A stretch of 64,000 nucleotides of DNA, from positions 60,323 to 124,322 of the forward strand of contig CAJUQN010000002.1 of assembly GCA_910588625.1 (NCBI GenBank). The letters run 5' to 3'. Position 1 is the first letter of the stretch, and each line of letters opens with the position of its first letter. The notes beneath the pieces were generated by a model. It was not told the origin of the DNA. It worked only from the letters and a program-made list of their open reading frames with translations, and ran no database searches. The translations under genes were made by a program, and so were the position numbers. This DNA is from an uncultured Oscillospiraceae bacterium. GTDB taxonomy: Bacteria; Bacillota; Clostridia; Oscillospirales; Oscillospiraceae. Shown in pieces: positions 35,897-45,373 of the stretch.

Positions 35897-37069
35897 ATGC
35901 GCGAGATTATCCTGCTCAAGCAGGGGGAAATGGTGCTCAAGGGCCTGAACCGCCGGGGCTTTGAGGAGAAAATGATGGGCAACGCCAAGCGGCGGCTGAA
36001 AAAGTTTGGGTCCTTTAAGGTGCATACCCGCCAGTCCACCACCTATGTGGAGCCGCTGGACGACAACGCCGACTTTGAGGGCGCGTGGGAGGCCATGGGC
36101 AAGGTGTTCGGCGCGGTGGGGGTGTGCCGGGCCCGGGCTTGTCCCAAGGACAAGGACGAGATCGTCAGATGCGCCGTGGATTACCTGGGGGACAAGCTCA
36201 GCGCGGCGAAGTCCTTCAAGGTGGAGTCCAAGCGGGCGGATAAAACGTTCCCCATGACCTCCATCCAGCTGTCCCAGTACGTGGGGGGTGAGCTCCACGA
36301 CCGTTACCCCCACCTGACGGCGGATATGCACCACCCGGAATTGACGGTCCACGTGGAGGTCCGGGACTTCGACGCCTACATCCACGCCGACCCGGAGCCG
36401 GGAGCGGGGGGCCTGCCCGTGGGCATGGGGGGCCGGGCGCTGTCCCTGCTGTCCGGCGGCATCGACTCTCCCGTTGCCTCCTGGATGGTGGCCAAGCGGG
36501 GGGTCATTGTGGACATGATCCACTATTACTCTTACCCGTACACTTCGCCGGAGGCCAAGGAAAAGGTGCTGGATTTGGCCCGGCTGCTGGTGCCCTACAC
36601 GGGGAAGCAGTGCGTCCATGTGGTGCCGTTCACGAAAATTCAGGAGGAATTGCGGCGGTCCTGTCCGGAGGAGCTGTTCACCATCCTCATGCGGCGGTTC
36701 ATGATGCGCATTGCCTGCCGGGTGGCGGAGAAGAACGGGATACAGGCGCTGGTGACGGGGGAGTCGGTGGGCCAGGTGGCCAGCCAGACCCTGGACGCGC
36801 TGGCGTGTACGGACGCGGTGTGCACCATTCCCGTTCTGCGGCCCGTCATTGCGATGGATAAGGAGGAAATCGTCCGGGTGGCCCGGAAGATCGGGACCTT
36901 TGAGACCTCTATCCTGCCTTATGAGGACTGCTGTACCGTATTTACGCCCAAGCACCCCCGGACCAAGCCGAAAATCGAGGAGCTTGAAGAGGCGGAAAAG
37001 GTCCTTGACGTAGAGGCCATGGTGGAGGAGGCCGTCAGCGGCATCGAGCGGGTTATGCTTGACTTGTGA
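35897..37069 (+). CDS. thiI: tRNA 4-thiouridine(8) synthase
   Basis: N-terminus ILLKQGEMVLKGLNRRGFE, a THUMP domain, and the PP-loop LLSGGIDSPVA. Confidence 0.9.
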   Translation: MREIILLKQGEMVLKGLNRRGFEEKMMGNAKRRLKKFGSFKVHTRQSTTYVEPLDDNADFEGAWEAMGKVFGAVGVCRARACPKDKDEIVRCAVDYLGDKLSAAKSFKVESKRADKTFPMTSIQLSQYVGGELHDRYPHLTADMHHPELTVHVEVRDFDAYIHADPEPGAGGLPVGMGGRALSLLSGGIDSPVASWMVAKRGVIVDMIHYYSYPYTSPEAKEKVLDLARLLVPYTGKQCVHVVPFTKIQEELRRSCPEELFTILMRRFMMRIACRVAEKNGIQALVTGESVGQVASQTLDALACTDAVCTIPVLRPVIAMDKEEIVRVARKIGTFETSILPYEDCCTVFTPKHPRTKPKIEELEEAEKVLDVEAMVEEAVSGIERVMLDL

Positions 37070-37238
37070 GCAGTTTCACCGCGATTTGGAAACCGGAGAG
37101 AAACAGGGCCCGTTCCTCGAAAAAGGCCATCAGCTTCCGCTCGTCCAGAAAATCCTCCAGACGCTGAGTGTTCTCGCCGCCTAACAATTCGCGGAGCGCA
37201 TGTTCCTGCCGGTTGGCACAGTGGGCCGCGTTTGCATA
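37056..37238 (-). pseudogene. possible N-terminally truncated remnant of a small mobile-element-type gene
   Basis: An open frame with no ATG at its 5' end reads ..NRQEHALRELLGGENTQRLEDFLDERKLMAFFEERALFLSGFQIAVKLLTSQA*. It overlaps the thiI 3' end by ~14 nt. The resemblance to small phage/ICE proteins is from memory only. Confidence 0.2.
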
Positions 37239-37306
37239 TTAGGCTCCCGGTCCAGCAGGCCGCGAAGCATATAATCCTGGGCGTGTCAAGAGGCAGGAGA
37301 AAAATA

Positions 37307-37519
37307 ATGGTCCCATTTTCAATACGATTGCAAGAAGCTCGCAAGCGAAAAAAACTGAGACAAACAGATATGGCGGAACATTTCAAAATCGCCAATCGCA
37401 CCTATCAAAACTATGAAGGTGGTCAGCGCCGTCCTGATTATGAGATGTTAGTTGCTTTGGCTGATTATTTGGAAGTAACCACTGATTATTTGTTGGGCCG
37501 CACCGACCAGCCCGATTAA
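37307..37519 (+). CDS. XRE-family helix-turn-helix transcriptional regulator
   Basis: 70 aa. IRLQEARKRKKLRQTDMAEHFKIANRTYQNYEGGQRRPDYEMLVALADYLEVTTDYLLG is a classic HTH_3. The start was chosen at MVPF, which has GGAGAA upstream. Confidence 0.85.
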   Translation: MVPFSIRLQEARKRKKLRQTDMAEHFKIANRTYQNYEGGQRRPDYEMLVALADYLEVTTDYLLGRTDQPD

Positions 37520-37592
37520 AAAGAGCCCATCCCCTTGGGGAGAATCCCATAAGGAAGCTAACGCCCGCTGAAAAGTAGTTGCTTTTCGACGG

Positions 37593-38171
37593 ATGTTTCT
37601 TTACAATGAACTCACTGACAAACCAGACCAGGCAATTATGGAGGCCGCCATGAGACTGTTGTTTGAAATGGACGAAAAGAACTACGATAAATGTACCCAT
37701 TCGTTTGTTCGCAACTCTGCCAGAAGCATTATTATCAATGGAAAAAAGGTAGCAATGATTTATAGTACTAAGTATGACTACTATAAATTTCCGGGCGGGG
37801 GAATTGAGGATCACGAAAATCCCGTGGATGCGATGATCCGGGAAACCCGTGAAGAATCGGGGTTAGTCGTTCTGCCCGATACCATTAAAGAGTACGGATA
37901 TGTGCATCGGATTCAAAGAAGCGACCAGGACGAGACGGAGTGTTTTATTCAGGATAACTATTACTATCTTTGTGAAAGAGCGGATGAATCCGTTCCCCAA
38001 GAGCTTGACGACTATGAAGCGGAAGAAACCTATACTTTAGAGTATGTTGAGCCAGATGTTGCGATCAGGAAAAATCGCCATGTAGTACAGAGCCCATATA
38101 ATCCAATCATGTTTGAACGCGAGGCCCGTGTACTTGAATTGCTGATTGCAGAGGGGTTTTTTGAACGATGA
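37593..38171 (+). CDS. NUDIX hydrolase
   Basis: Nudix box GGGIEDHENPVDAMIRETREESGL. An alternative start at 37650 (MRLLFEMDE) has GGAGG upstream. GC is lower than the flanks. Confidence 0.85.
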   Translation: MFLYNELTDKPDQAIMEAAMRLLFEMDEKNYDKCTHSFVRNSARSIIINGKKVAMIYSTKYDYYKFPGGGIEDHENPVDAMIRETREESGLVVLPDTIKEYGYVHRIQRSDQDETECFIQDNYYYLCERADESVPQELDDYEAEETYTLEYVEPDVAIRKNRHVVQSPYNPIMFEREARVLELLIAEGFFER

Positions 38172-38189
38172 AACAGAGATTGATCGCTC

Positions 38190-38230
38190 AACCCACTATG
38201 ACACTTTCCCCGAAAGTGTCATAGTGGGTT
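38190..38230. repeat. perfect 18-bp inverted repeat (5-nt loop)
   Basis: AACCCACTATGACACTTT-ccccg-AAAGTGTCATAGTGGGTT, 19 nt after the NUDIX stop. No T-tract follows. Confidence 0.7.
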
Positions 38231-38240
38231 ACATAGTATA

Positions 38241-38285
38241 AAAAGGGCACGGCAAACCATTATGGTCTGCCGTGCCTTAACTTCT
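38241..38285. terminator. bidirectional terminator
   Basis: GGCACGGCA-(13 nt)-TGCCGTGCC. TTTTTAT follows on the minus strand and a T-rich tail follows on the plus strand. Confidence 0.65.
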
Positions 38286-38329
38286 TTATGAGATCCTGCC
38301 GTTCGGGATGGGCTCTTTTTCTCACGAAG

Positions 38330-39454
38330 CTAAGATAAAGCTGGGGCAGTCGCTTGATAGATTTGACAGTTTTCCTCATCCATGGCGCTCAGTGCGCTCC
38401 TGAGAAAAGCCGCGCCGTTCGCGCCGCATTCCAGCTCCACATAATTCATCCGCCGGGAGTTCAGCCCCCGCATCAGAGCGGAACCGGAGGCGTAATTTTC
38501 CCCCTTCACAGAGGCGGACCAAGCCACGAACCCTTCCTGTTCCAGCGCTTCCCGCCCCTCGCTGTCCAGATTGGGAGCGCTGACTACCAGAGCGTGATAC
38601 CGCGCGACGGCGGCAAGAAGCGCTCTCCCCCGCCCCGCTTCCGCCAGACAGCCCGTCAAATTGTCCTCCATCAAGGCCAGCCCCACGGTATGCCCCGCCC
38701 CCACCACATGGCGGACGAAATCGGCCTCCTGCGCCAGCTCCTCGCAGGTGAACAGAAACAGCGCCCGCTGATCCCGTCCCTCCAGCAGCTGGGCGCAGTC
38801 CTGAGCGGACACCCCCGGATGCAGGGCAAGGTACAGCTCCGCTCCGCTGGGCGGAGCGGAGGACTCCACGCCGCCGGAGGGCAGAGGACTGCCGCCGCCT
38901 CCCAATCCCCCGGCGTCCAGGTAGCGGCGCAGGTTATCCGCCAGCTGGGGGCCCGCCGCGTCCGCGAAGTCCTGAGCGCCTAAAATGGCCGCGCTGTTGG
39001 TCACCCGGATGAGGGTGCCGTAGGGTGTGCGGGTGCGGGTACAGCTGATGGAGCCGAAATATTGGCACAGCCAGTCAATGGGCAGGAACACCATGCCGTT
39101 GCGCACCATGGCCCGGGCAGAGACCGGCACATCGTTCAGATCGGCGGCAGTGTTGCTTTGGATATCGAAGATCACGCCCTGCTGGTTATCTGTCACCAAA
39201 ACCGTGCGCCGGGTGGTGCTGTACAGGGCGCTGACCCCCAGGTTGATGCCGCTGACTTGGTTGGACAGCATGATGTAGGGCACATACAGCACGCCGCCCA
39301 CGGTGCGGGGCATATTCTCCGGGGTGATGTCCAGCACCCGGTCGTTCACCGCCATCAGATTGACGTCGGAGGTGGTGCCGAAGGCCGGGACCAGCAGTCC
39401 CAGCAGGAGGGCGGCGGATACCACCAATGTCAGGATCTTTTTCCGGCGCTTCAA
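38330..39454 (-). CDS. secreted protein, copper-amine-oxidase-N-like stalk domain + divergent polysaccharide-deacetylase-like domain
   Basis: TTG start with AAGGAGG 7 nt upstream, overlapping the cinA stop. It has a signal peptide. The N-terminal ~130 aa resemble the Cu_amine_oxidN1 repeat. The C-terminal assignment is tentative. Confidence 0.45.
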   Translation of the reverse strand: MKRRKKILTLVVSAALLLGLLVPAFGTTSDVNLMAVNDRVLDITPENMPRTVGGVLYVPYIMLSNQVSGINLGVSALYSTTRRTVLVTDNQQGVIFDIQSNTAADLNDVPVSARAMVRNGMVFLPIDWLCQYFGSISCTRTRTPYGTLIRVTNSAAILGAQDFADAAGPQLADNLRRYLDAGGLGGGGSPLPSGGVESSAPPSGAELYLALHPGVSAQDCAQLLEGRDQRALFLFTCEELAQEADFVRHVVGAGHTVGLALMEDNLTGCLAEAGRGRALLAAVARYHALVVSAPNLDSEGREALEQEGFVAWSASVKGENYASGSALMRGLNSRRMNYVELECGANGAAFLRSALSAMDEENCQIYQATAPALS

Positions 39455-40734
39455 CCCTCGGCCTCCTTACAGTCCTTGTCCGGATTCATGCCGGCCAGCC
39501 AGCGGCGGACCATGTCCAAGGCGTGGTTTGCCGCCAAATTCCGGGTACGGTCCCGCCGGGCGGCCTGGCTGGCCAGGTTCAGCTGCTTCACCCACACGCC
39601 GTCGGGGGCCGCCAGGGCGGTGAACACCAGCCCCACCGGATTTCCCCGCTCGTCGGGGTCGGGACCCGCCACGCCGGTGGTGGACACCGCCAGGTCACAG
39701 CCCAGCACCGTCCGCGCGCCTTGGGCCATCTGCTTTGCCACCTCGGCGCACACCGCGCCCTTTTCGTCCAGCAGGGCCTGGGACACCCCCAGCACGCCCG
39801 CCTTTACCTCGCAATGGTAGCTTACCACGCCGCCCTTGAATACGGAGGCGGAGCCGGAAACATCGGTGATGCGCTTGGCAACGAGCCCACCGGTGCAGCT
39901 CTCCGCAGTGCCCAGGGAGAGGCCCCGTTCACGGGCGCCGTCCAAAACTACCTGCTCCAGGCCGGACACATCCGCGCCGTAGATCAAGTCGCCCAGCAGG
40001 GTCCGGACCTCCTGCTCCACCGGGACGATGAGGGCGTCGGCCTCCTCCGCCGTCGTAGCCTTGGCGGTGATGCGCAGCTCCACCTCGCCCTCCTTGGCGT
40101 AGGGGGCCAGAGTGGGGTTGGTCAGTTCGTTCATGCGGTTGCGCAAAAGGGCCTCCACAGCGGATTCACCCATGCCGAACACCCGCAGGGTGCGGGAGCG
40201 GATGACCCCTTCGCTGAGCTTGGCCAGCCAGGGCATGGCCCGTTCCCGGAACATGGGCAGGCACTCACTGGGCGGCCCCGGCAGCATGACCACGTAGGCG
40301 CCGTCTGCCTCGAAGGCGCAGCCGGGGGCGGTGCCCCAGGCGTTGTCAAGGACCTGGCAGCCCTCGGGCAGGTACGCCTGCTGGAGGTTGTTTTCCGTCA
40401 TCTCCTTACCCATGCGGTGGAAAAAGAGCCGGATGCTTTCGGCGCACTCGGGGTGATAAACCAGTTTTTTGCCGAAGCACTCGGCTAAGGTCTGCTTGGT
40501 CAGGTCGTCGCAGGTGGGGCCCAGGCCGCCGGTGGTGATCAGCACGTCCGCCCGATCCCGGGCCAGGGCCACCGCCGCCTTCAGGCGTTCGGGATTGTCG
40601 CCCACCACGGAGTGATACAGCACGTTCAGCCCCAGGCCAGACAGCTCCCGGCTGAGGGCTTGGGCGTCGGAGTTGACGATGTTGCCCAGCAGCAGTTCAG
40701 TGCCTACGGATAACAGTTCAACAGTATGGCTCAT
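39451..40734 (-). CDS. cinA: CinA family protein (MoCF-binding domain + nicotinamide-nucleotide amidohydrolase PncC domain)
   Basis: VELLSVGTELLLGNIVNSDAQ...TESCTGG.. Confidence 0.9.
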   Translation of the reverse strand: MSHTVELLSVGTELLLGNIVNSDAQALSRELSGLGLNVLYHSVVGDNPERLKAAVALARDRADVLITTGGLGPTCDDLTKQTLAECFGKKLVYHPECAESIRLFFHRMGKEMTENNLQQAYLPEGCQVLDNAWGTAPGCAFEADGAYVVMLPGPPSECLPMFRERAMPWLAKLSEGVIRSRTLRVFGMGESAVEALLRNRMNELTNPTLAPYAKEGEVELRITAKATTAEEADALIVPVEQEVRTLLGDLIYGADVSGLEQVVLDGARERGLSLGTAESCTGGLVAKRITDVSGSASVFKGGVVSYHCEVKAGVLGVSQALLDEKGAVCAEVAKQMAQGARTVLGCDLAVSTTGVAGPDPDERGNPVGLVFTALAAPDGVWVKQLNLASQAARRDRTRNLAANHALDMVRRWLAGMNPDKDCKEAEG

Positions 40735-40766
40735 GGGAATCAGCCTCCTTGTGGTTTGTTTTCCCT

Positions 40767-40795
40767 ATTTTATCCTTCCCTATCCCCGCTGTCAA
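40767..40795 (-). promoter_or_regulatory. promoter TTGACA-17-TAAAAT of cinA
   Basis: The minus strand reads CTTGACAGCGGGGATAGGGAAGGATAAAATAGG. Confidence 0.65.
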
Positions 40796-40822
40796 GAAAA
40801 AGGGAGCGTGTGGGGGTGACGC

Positions 40823-40863
40823 AAAAAACACTGTCCGGTTTTTATACCGGGCAGTGTTTTTTT
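40823..40863. terminator. bidirectional terminator after V-ATPase operon
   Basis: AAAAAA-CACTGTCCGG-tttttata-CCGGGCAGTG-TTTTTTT. Confidence 0.8.
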
Positions 40864-40886
40864 GCTGTCTCACGGGGCCGGGTGGG

Positions 40887-41591
40887 TCACACCTGGTCCT
40901 GCTTCTTGCTAAAAGCCTCGATGGCCTTGTCGTTGGCGGCCCGGCGCTCCTCCTGGGCCTCGGCCAGGAGCATATCCTTCACCTTCATCAGCCGGGTGGT
41001 GGTGGAGCGGTCGTTTTCGTCCAGCTTCATGGTGATATAGCGGATGTTCTCCTGGGTCTGGGGGATGACCACGTACTCCAGCGCGTTGACGCGGCGGCGG
41101 GTCTTCTCAATCTCCTCCGCCATCAGCTGGGCGGCCTTCTCGGTCTGGGCCAGCTTGAGCATATTCTGGAACACCTCACCCAGAGCGGCCACCGCCCCGT
41201 CCAGCTCACCGCTGGTGGCTGCGAAGCCGTAGGGGAAAATGTCGCTGGTGTCCTCCGTGCGGGTCTGGTAATGGTACTCCGGCACGTTCACCGACATGAC
41301 GTTTTTGAACGTCATAGTCAGCTCCACGCTCTGCTTGGGGTACATCAGCGCCTGCTCCATGGCCTGGGCGCTCATCAGCGCGGAGGCCACGGTGAAGGAA
41401 CTGTGCACCCGCATCAGGTCCTGCTCTACCTGGGAGCGCAGTGAGCGCAGTTCCCGCACGGTGTCCAAAAACTGCTTCATCAGCTCGTCCCGCTTGTCCT
41501 TGAGCAGCTTGTGGCCCCGCTGGGCGGTTTTCAGCTTGCCCTTAAGCCGGGTGAGCTCCATTCGGGTGGGGTTTACCACGGTATTTGCCAT
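40887..41591 (-). CDS. ntpD: V-type ATP synthase subunit D
   Basis: VNPTRMELTRLKGKLKTAQRGHKLLKDKRDEL. Confidence 0.9.
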   Translation of the reverse strand: MANTVVNPTRMELTRLKGKLKTAQRGHKLLKDKRDELMKQFLDTVRELRSLRSQVEQDLMRVHSSFTVASALMSAQAMEQALMYPKQSVELTMTFKNVMSVNVPEYHYQTRTEDTSDIFPYGFAATSGELDGAVAALGEVFQNMLKLAQTEKAAQLMAEEIEKTRRRVNALEYVVIPQTQENIRYITMKLDENDRSTTTRLMKVKDMLLAEAQEERRAANDKAIEAFSKKQDQV

Positions 41592-41603
41592 GAATACCCC
41601 TCC

Positions 41604-42989
41604 TTACTCTTCGTCTTTCTTGGGCATATACTTGTCGATATACTCCTGCTTAATGCGCTTGAGTTCGGCGGTGGGCAGGATGGACAGCAGCTCCCAGCCC
41701 AGGTTTAGCGTCTCCTCGATGGAGCGGTTCTCCTCGTAGCCCTGGTTGACGTAGCGCCGCTCGAACTCGTCGGCGAACTTGGCGTACAGCAGGTCGGTGG
41801 GGGTCAGCGCCGCTTCGCCCAGAATGGACATCAGCTCCTTGTTGTCCTTACCGGTGGAGTAGGCCGCGAAGAGCTGGTTCATGGTGTTGGCGTGGTCCTC
41901 ACGGGTCTTGCCCGCGCCGATGCCCTTATCCTTCAGACGGGACAGGGAGGGCAGCACGTCCACGGGAGGATTGATGCCCTGGCGGTAAAGCGCGCGGGAC
42001 AGAATGATCTGGCCCTCGGTGATATACCCCGTCAGGTCGGGAATGGGGTGGGTCTTGTCGTCCTCGGGCATGGTCAGGATGGGAATCATGGTGATGGAGC
42101 CGGATTTGCCCAGCTGGCGGCCGGCCCGCTCGTAAATGGTGGCCAGGTTGGTGTACAGATAGCCGGGGAAGCCGCGGCGGCCCGGGACCTCCTTCTTGGC
42201 GGCGGAGACCTCACGCAGGGCCTCGGCGTAGTTGGTGATATCGGTCAGGATGACCAGCACGTGCATATCCTTCTCAAAGGCCAGATACTCAGCGGCGGTC
42301 AGGGCCATCCGGGGGGTGGCGATACGCTCCACGGCGGGGTCGTCGGCCAGGTTGGTGAACAGCACGGTGCGGTCGATGGCGCCGGTGCGCTTGAACTCCT
42401 GGACGAAGAACTCGGACTCCTCGAAGGTGATGCCGATAGCGGCGAACACCACGGCGAAGTTGGCGCTCTCGTCCCCCAGCACCTTGGCCTGACGGGCGAT
42501 CTGGGCGGCCAGGTTGGCGTGGGGCAGGCCGGAGCCGGAGAAGATGGGCAGCTTCTGGCCGCGGACCAGGGTGTTCAGGCCGTCGATGGTGGAAATGCCC
42601 GTCTGGATAAACTCGTTGGGGTAGTCCCGGGCCGCGGGGTTCATGGGCAGGCCGTTGATGTCCCGGTACTCCTCGGCCAGGATGGCGGGGCCGCCGTCGA
42701 TGGGCACGCCCATGCCGTTGAACACCCGGCCCAGCATATCGCCGGACACGCCCAATTGCAGGGGGTGGCCCAGGAAGCGGACCTTAGACTGGGCCAGGTT
42801 GATGCCGGCGGCGGACTCGAAGAGTTGGACCACGGCGGTGTCGCCGTTGACCTCCAGCACCTGGCCCCGGCGGATGGAGCCGTCGGGCAGCTCTACCTCG
42901 GCCAGCTCGTCATAGGTGACGTTGTCCACCATCTTGACCATCATCAGCGGGGACGCGATCTCCTGGATCGTTTTATACTCTCGGATCAC
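41604..42989 (-). CDS. ntpB: V-type ATP synthase subunit B
   Basis: 461 aa, a non-catalytic A/V-type B subunit (..[27 protein letters not shown]..). Confidence 0.9.
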   Translation of the reverse strand: MIREYKTIQEIASPLMMVKMVDNVTYDELAEVELPDGSIRRGQVLEVNGDTAVVQLFESAAGINLAQSKVRFLGHPLQLGVSGDMLGRVFNGMGVPIDGGPAILAEEYRDINGLPMNPAARDYPNEFIQTGISTIDGLNTLVRGQKLPIFSGSGLPHANLAAQIARQAKVLGDESANFAVVFAAIGITFEESEFFVQEFKRTGAIDRTVLFTNLADDPAVERIATPRMALTAAEYLAFEKDMHVLVILTDITNYAEALREVSAAKKEVPGRRGFPGYLYTNLATIYERAGRQLGKSGSITMIPILTMPEDDKTHPIPDLTGYITEGQIILSRALYRQGINPPVDVLPSLSRLKDKGIGAGKTREDHANTMNQLFAAYSTGKDNKELMSILGEAALTPTDLLYAKFADEFERRYVNQGYEENRSIEETLNLGWELLSILPTAELKRIKQEYIDKYMPKKDEE

Positions 42990-44764
42990 AGCTCCTCACC
43001 TGCCTTTCTGACGACCTCGTCGATCTCCTTTTCCATGGAGGCGGAGATATCGGCGTATACCTGGGCGTACTGGTCGGCGGGCACGCTCTTGGCGCGGCCG
43101 ATGCGCTCACGGGCGGGGATCTCGAACAGCTTGGCGGTGGAGGCGCCCTTGTTGATGGCGGTCCGGCACAGCTTGTCGTAATCCAGAATCATGGCCAGCA
43201 GCTTTTCCTGCCGGTCGTAGGTGGAGAAGGAGTCGATGTCCACGAAGGAGTTTTGCTGGAGGAAGTCCTCCCGGATCATACGGGCGGTCTCCAGAGTCAG
43301 CTGGTCCGCCGGGGACAGGGAGTCCTTGCCCACCAGCTGGACGATCTCATTCAGGCTGGACTCCTGCTGGAGTACGCCCATGGCCTGCTCCCGGTTCTGG
43401 AGGAACTCCTTGCCCAGGTTCTCGTCAAACCAGGGCTTGAGAGAGTCCAGATACAGGGAGTGGGAGGTCAGCCAGTTGATGGCGGGGAAGTGGCGCTTGT
43501 AGGCCAGGGAGGCGTCCAAGGCCCAGAACACCTTGACGATACGCATGGTGCCCTGAGACACGGGCTCGGCCAAATCGCCGCCCGGGGGGGACACGGCGCC
43601 CACGGCGGTCAGGCTGCCCCGGCGGTCCTCCTCGGAACCCAGGCAGGATACGGAGCCGGCCCGCTCGTAGAACTGGGCCAGACGGGAGGCCAGGTAGGCG
43701 GGGTAGCCCTCCTCGCCGGGCATCTCCTCCAGACGGCCGGACATCTCGCGCAGGGCCTCGGCCCAGCGGGAGGTGGAGTCGGCGATGACGGCCACGGCGT
43801 AGCCCATGTCCCGGAAGTACTCGGCGATGGTGATGCCGGTGTAGATGGACGCCTCACGGGCGGCCACGGGCATATCGGAAGTGTTGGCGATGAGCACCGT
43901 GCGCTTCATCAGCGTCTCGCCGGTGCGGGGGTCCACCAGCTCGGGGAACTCACGCAAAACGTCGGTCATCTCATTGCCGCGCTCGCCGCAGCCGATGTAG
44001 ACCACGATGTCCACGTCGGACCACTTGGCCAGGGCGTGCTGCATCACGGTTTTGCCGGAACCGAAGGGCCCGGGGATGGCGGCGGTGCCGCCCTTGGCCA
44101 CAGGGAAGAACGTATCCACGATACGCTGGCCGGAGGACAGGGGCTTGATGGGGGGATACTTGTGCTTATAGGGGCGGCCCACACGGACAGGCCACTTCTG
44201 GCTCATGGACAGCTCCACATCGGCGCCGTCCTCCTTAGTGAGGATTGCCACCGTCTGGTGGACATTGTACTGCCCGGCGGGGACCACGCTCTTCAGCGTG
44301 CCCTTCAGGGTGGGGGGCACCATGATCTTGTGGAGCACCACCGACGTCTCGGGGACGGTGCCGATGATGTCGCCGCCGACAACGGTGTCGCCGGCCTTAG
44401 CCACGGGGGTGAACTCCCACTTCTTGTCCGGGTCGATGGGGGGGACCTCCACGCCGCGGGGGAGGTTGTTGCCGTGGACCTTTTCCATGATCTTCTCCAG
44501 CGGGCGCTGGATGCCGTCATAGATGTTCTCGATCATGCCGGGGCCCAGCTCCACGCTCATGGGGGAGCCGGTGGTCACCACTTCGGTGCCCGGGCCCAGG
44601 CCGGAGGTCTCCTCATAGACCTGGATGGAGGCGGAGTCGCCGTTCATGGTGAGGATCTCACCGATCAGGCGCTCGGGGCCCACGCGGACCACGTCGGACA
44701 TATTGGCGTCCGCCATGCCGGTGGCCACCACCAGGGGGCCGGAGACCTTAACTACTTTTCCCAT
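42986..44764 (-). CDS. ntpA: V-type ATP synthase catalytic subunit A
   Basis: 592 aa with Walker [10 protein letters not shown] and the non-homologous insert typical of A subunits. Confidence 0.9.
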   Translation of the reverse strand: MGKVVKVSGPLVVATGMADANMSDVVRVGPERLIGEILTMNGDSASIQVYEETSGLGPGTEVVTTGSPMSVELGPGMIENIYDGIQRPLEKIMEKVHGNNLPRGVEVPPIDPDKKWEFTPVAKAGDTVVGGDIIGTVPETSVVLHKIMVPPTLKGTLKSVVPAGQYNVHQTVAILTKEDGADVELSMSQKWPVRVGRPYKHKYPPIKPLSSGQRIVDTFFPVAKGGTAAIPGPFGSGKTVMQHALAKWSDVDIVVYIGCGERGNEMTDVLREFPELVDPRTGETLMKRTVLIANTSDMPVAAREASIYTGITIAEYFRDMGYAVAVIADSTSRWAEALREMSGRLEEMPGEEGYPAYLASRLAQFYERAGSVSCLGSEEDRRGSLTAVGAVSPPGGDLAEPVSQGTMRIVKVFWALDASLAYKRHFPAINWLTSHSLYLDSLKPWFDENLGKEFLQNREQAMGVLQQESSLNEIVQLVGKDSLSPADQLTLETARMIREDFLQQNSFVDIDSFSTYDRQEKLLAMILDYDKLCRTAINKGASTAKLFEIPARERIGRAKSVPADQYAQVYADISASMEKEIDEVVRKAGEEL

Positions 44765-44805
44765 AGGCTCTAAAACCTTCTTTCATTTAAGGTCATTGTT
44801 AAAAC

Positions 44806-45027
44806 TCATATGCTTATTACGATACCAATAAATATGCAAATCATGCCGCCGATGCCGACCAGCACGCACATCACGCCGCCAAATCTCGTGGACAAGAGGT
44901 ATGACTTCGACGGTTCGCCGCCGCCGTCGTGTTTCCAGCGTTCCATCAGCTCGCAGGAAAACTCCGGCTTCCAGATCAGCGCGACGCCGTAAATGGCCAG
45001 CGCTAGGAAAATCAGACCAACAACCAT
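44806..45027 (-). CDS. small two-TM membrane protein inside V-ATPase operon
   Basis: 73 aa. AGGAGAG SD overlaps the stop of the upstream gene. Hydrophobic N- and C-terminal helices flank ..WKPEFSCELMERWKHDGGGEPSKSY... Confidence 0.6.
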   Translation of the reverse strand: MVVGLIFLALAIYGVALIWKPEFSCELMERWKHDGGGEPSKSYLLSTRFGGVMCVLVGIGGMICIFIGIVISI

Positions 45028-45037
45028 AGGAACTCTC

Positions 45038-45358
45038 CTACAGAATATCGGCGCCCACAGCCCGTTCCACGGACTTCTTGATGTTGGCCATGCCCATGCC
45101 CAGGCTGCCCTCCTTGCCGGGAATGAGGATAACGGCGGGGGTCAGCTCGTCCTTATACCGTGCGATGTCCGCCTCCATCTGGGCGGCGAACTGCTCGGTG
45201 AGGTAGACCACCGCGTAGTCCTCCTTGGCAATGCGGTGGAGGGTGTGGCGGGCCTGTTCCACGTTGTCCACGGGGAAGACCGTCAGCCCCAGGGCCTTGA
45301 AGCCCATGACGCTGTCCTGATCGCCCAGCACGGCGATTTGATAGCTGTTTGCGGCCAT
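45038..45358 (-). CDS. ntpG: V-type ATP synthase subunit F (E. hirae NtpG equivalent)
   Basis: 106 aa, IAVLGDQDSVMGFKALGL. Confidence 0.85.
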   Translation of the reverse strand: MAANSYQIAVLGDQDSVMGFKALGLTVFPVDNVEQARHTLHRIAKEDYAVVYLTEQFAAQMEADIARYKDELTPAVILIPGKEGSLGMGMANIKKSVERAVGADIL

Positions 45359-45373
45359 ATGCCTCCCCCTCTC

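Noticed and set aside
35877-35948. An upstream ORF (MESKGRLCARLSCSS...) with a perfect AGGAGG, overlapping the thiI start out of frame.
   Set aside because: The AGGAGG lies at or upstream of the TSS predicted from the TTGACA-17-TAAAAT promoter, so it is probably not in the mRNA. The thiI N-terminus at 35897 matches the family.
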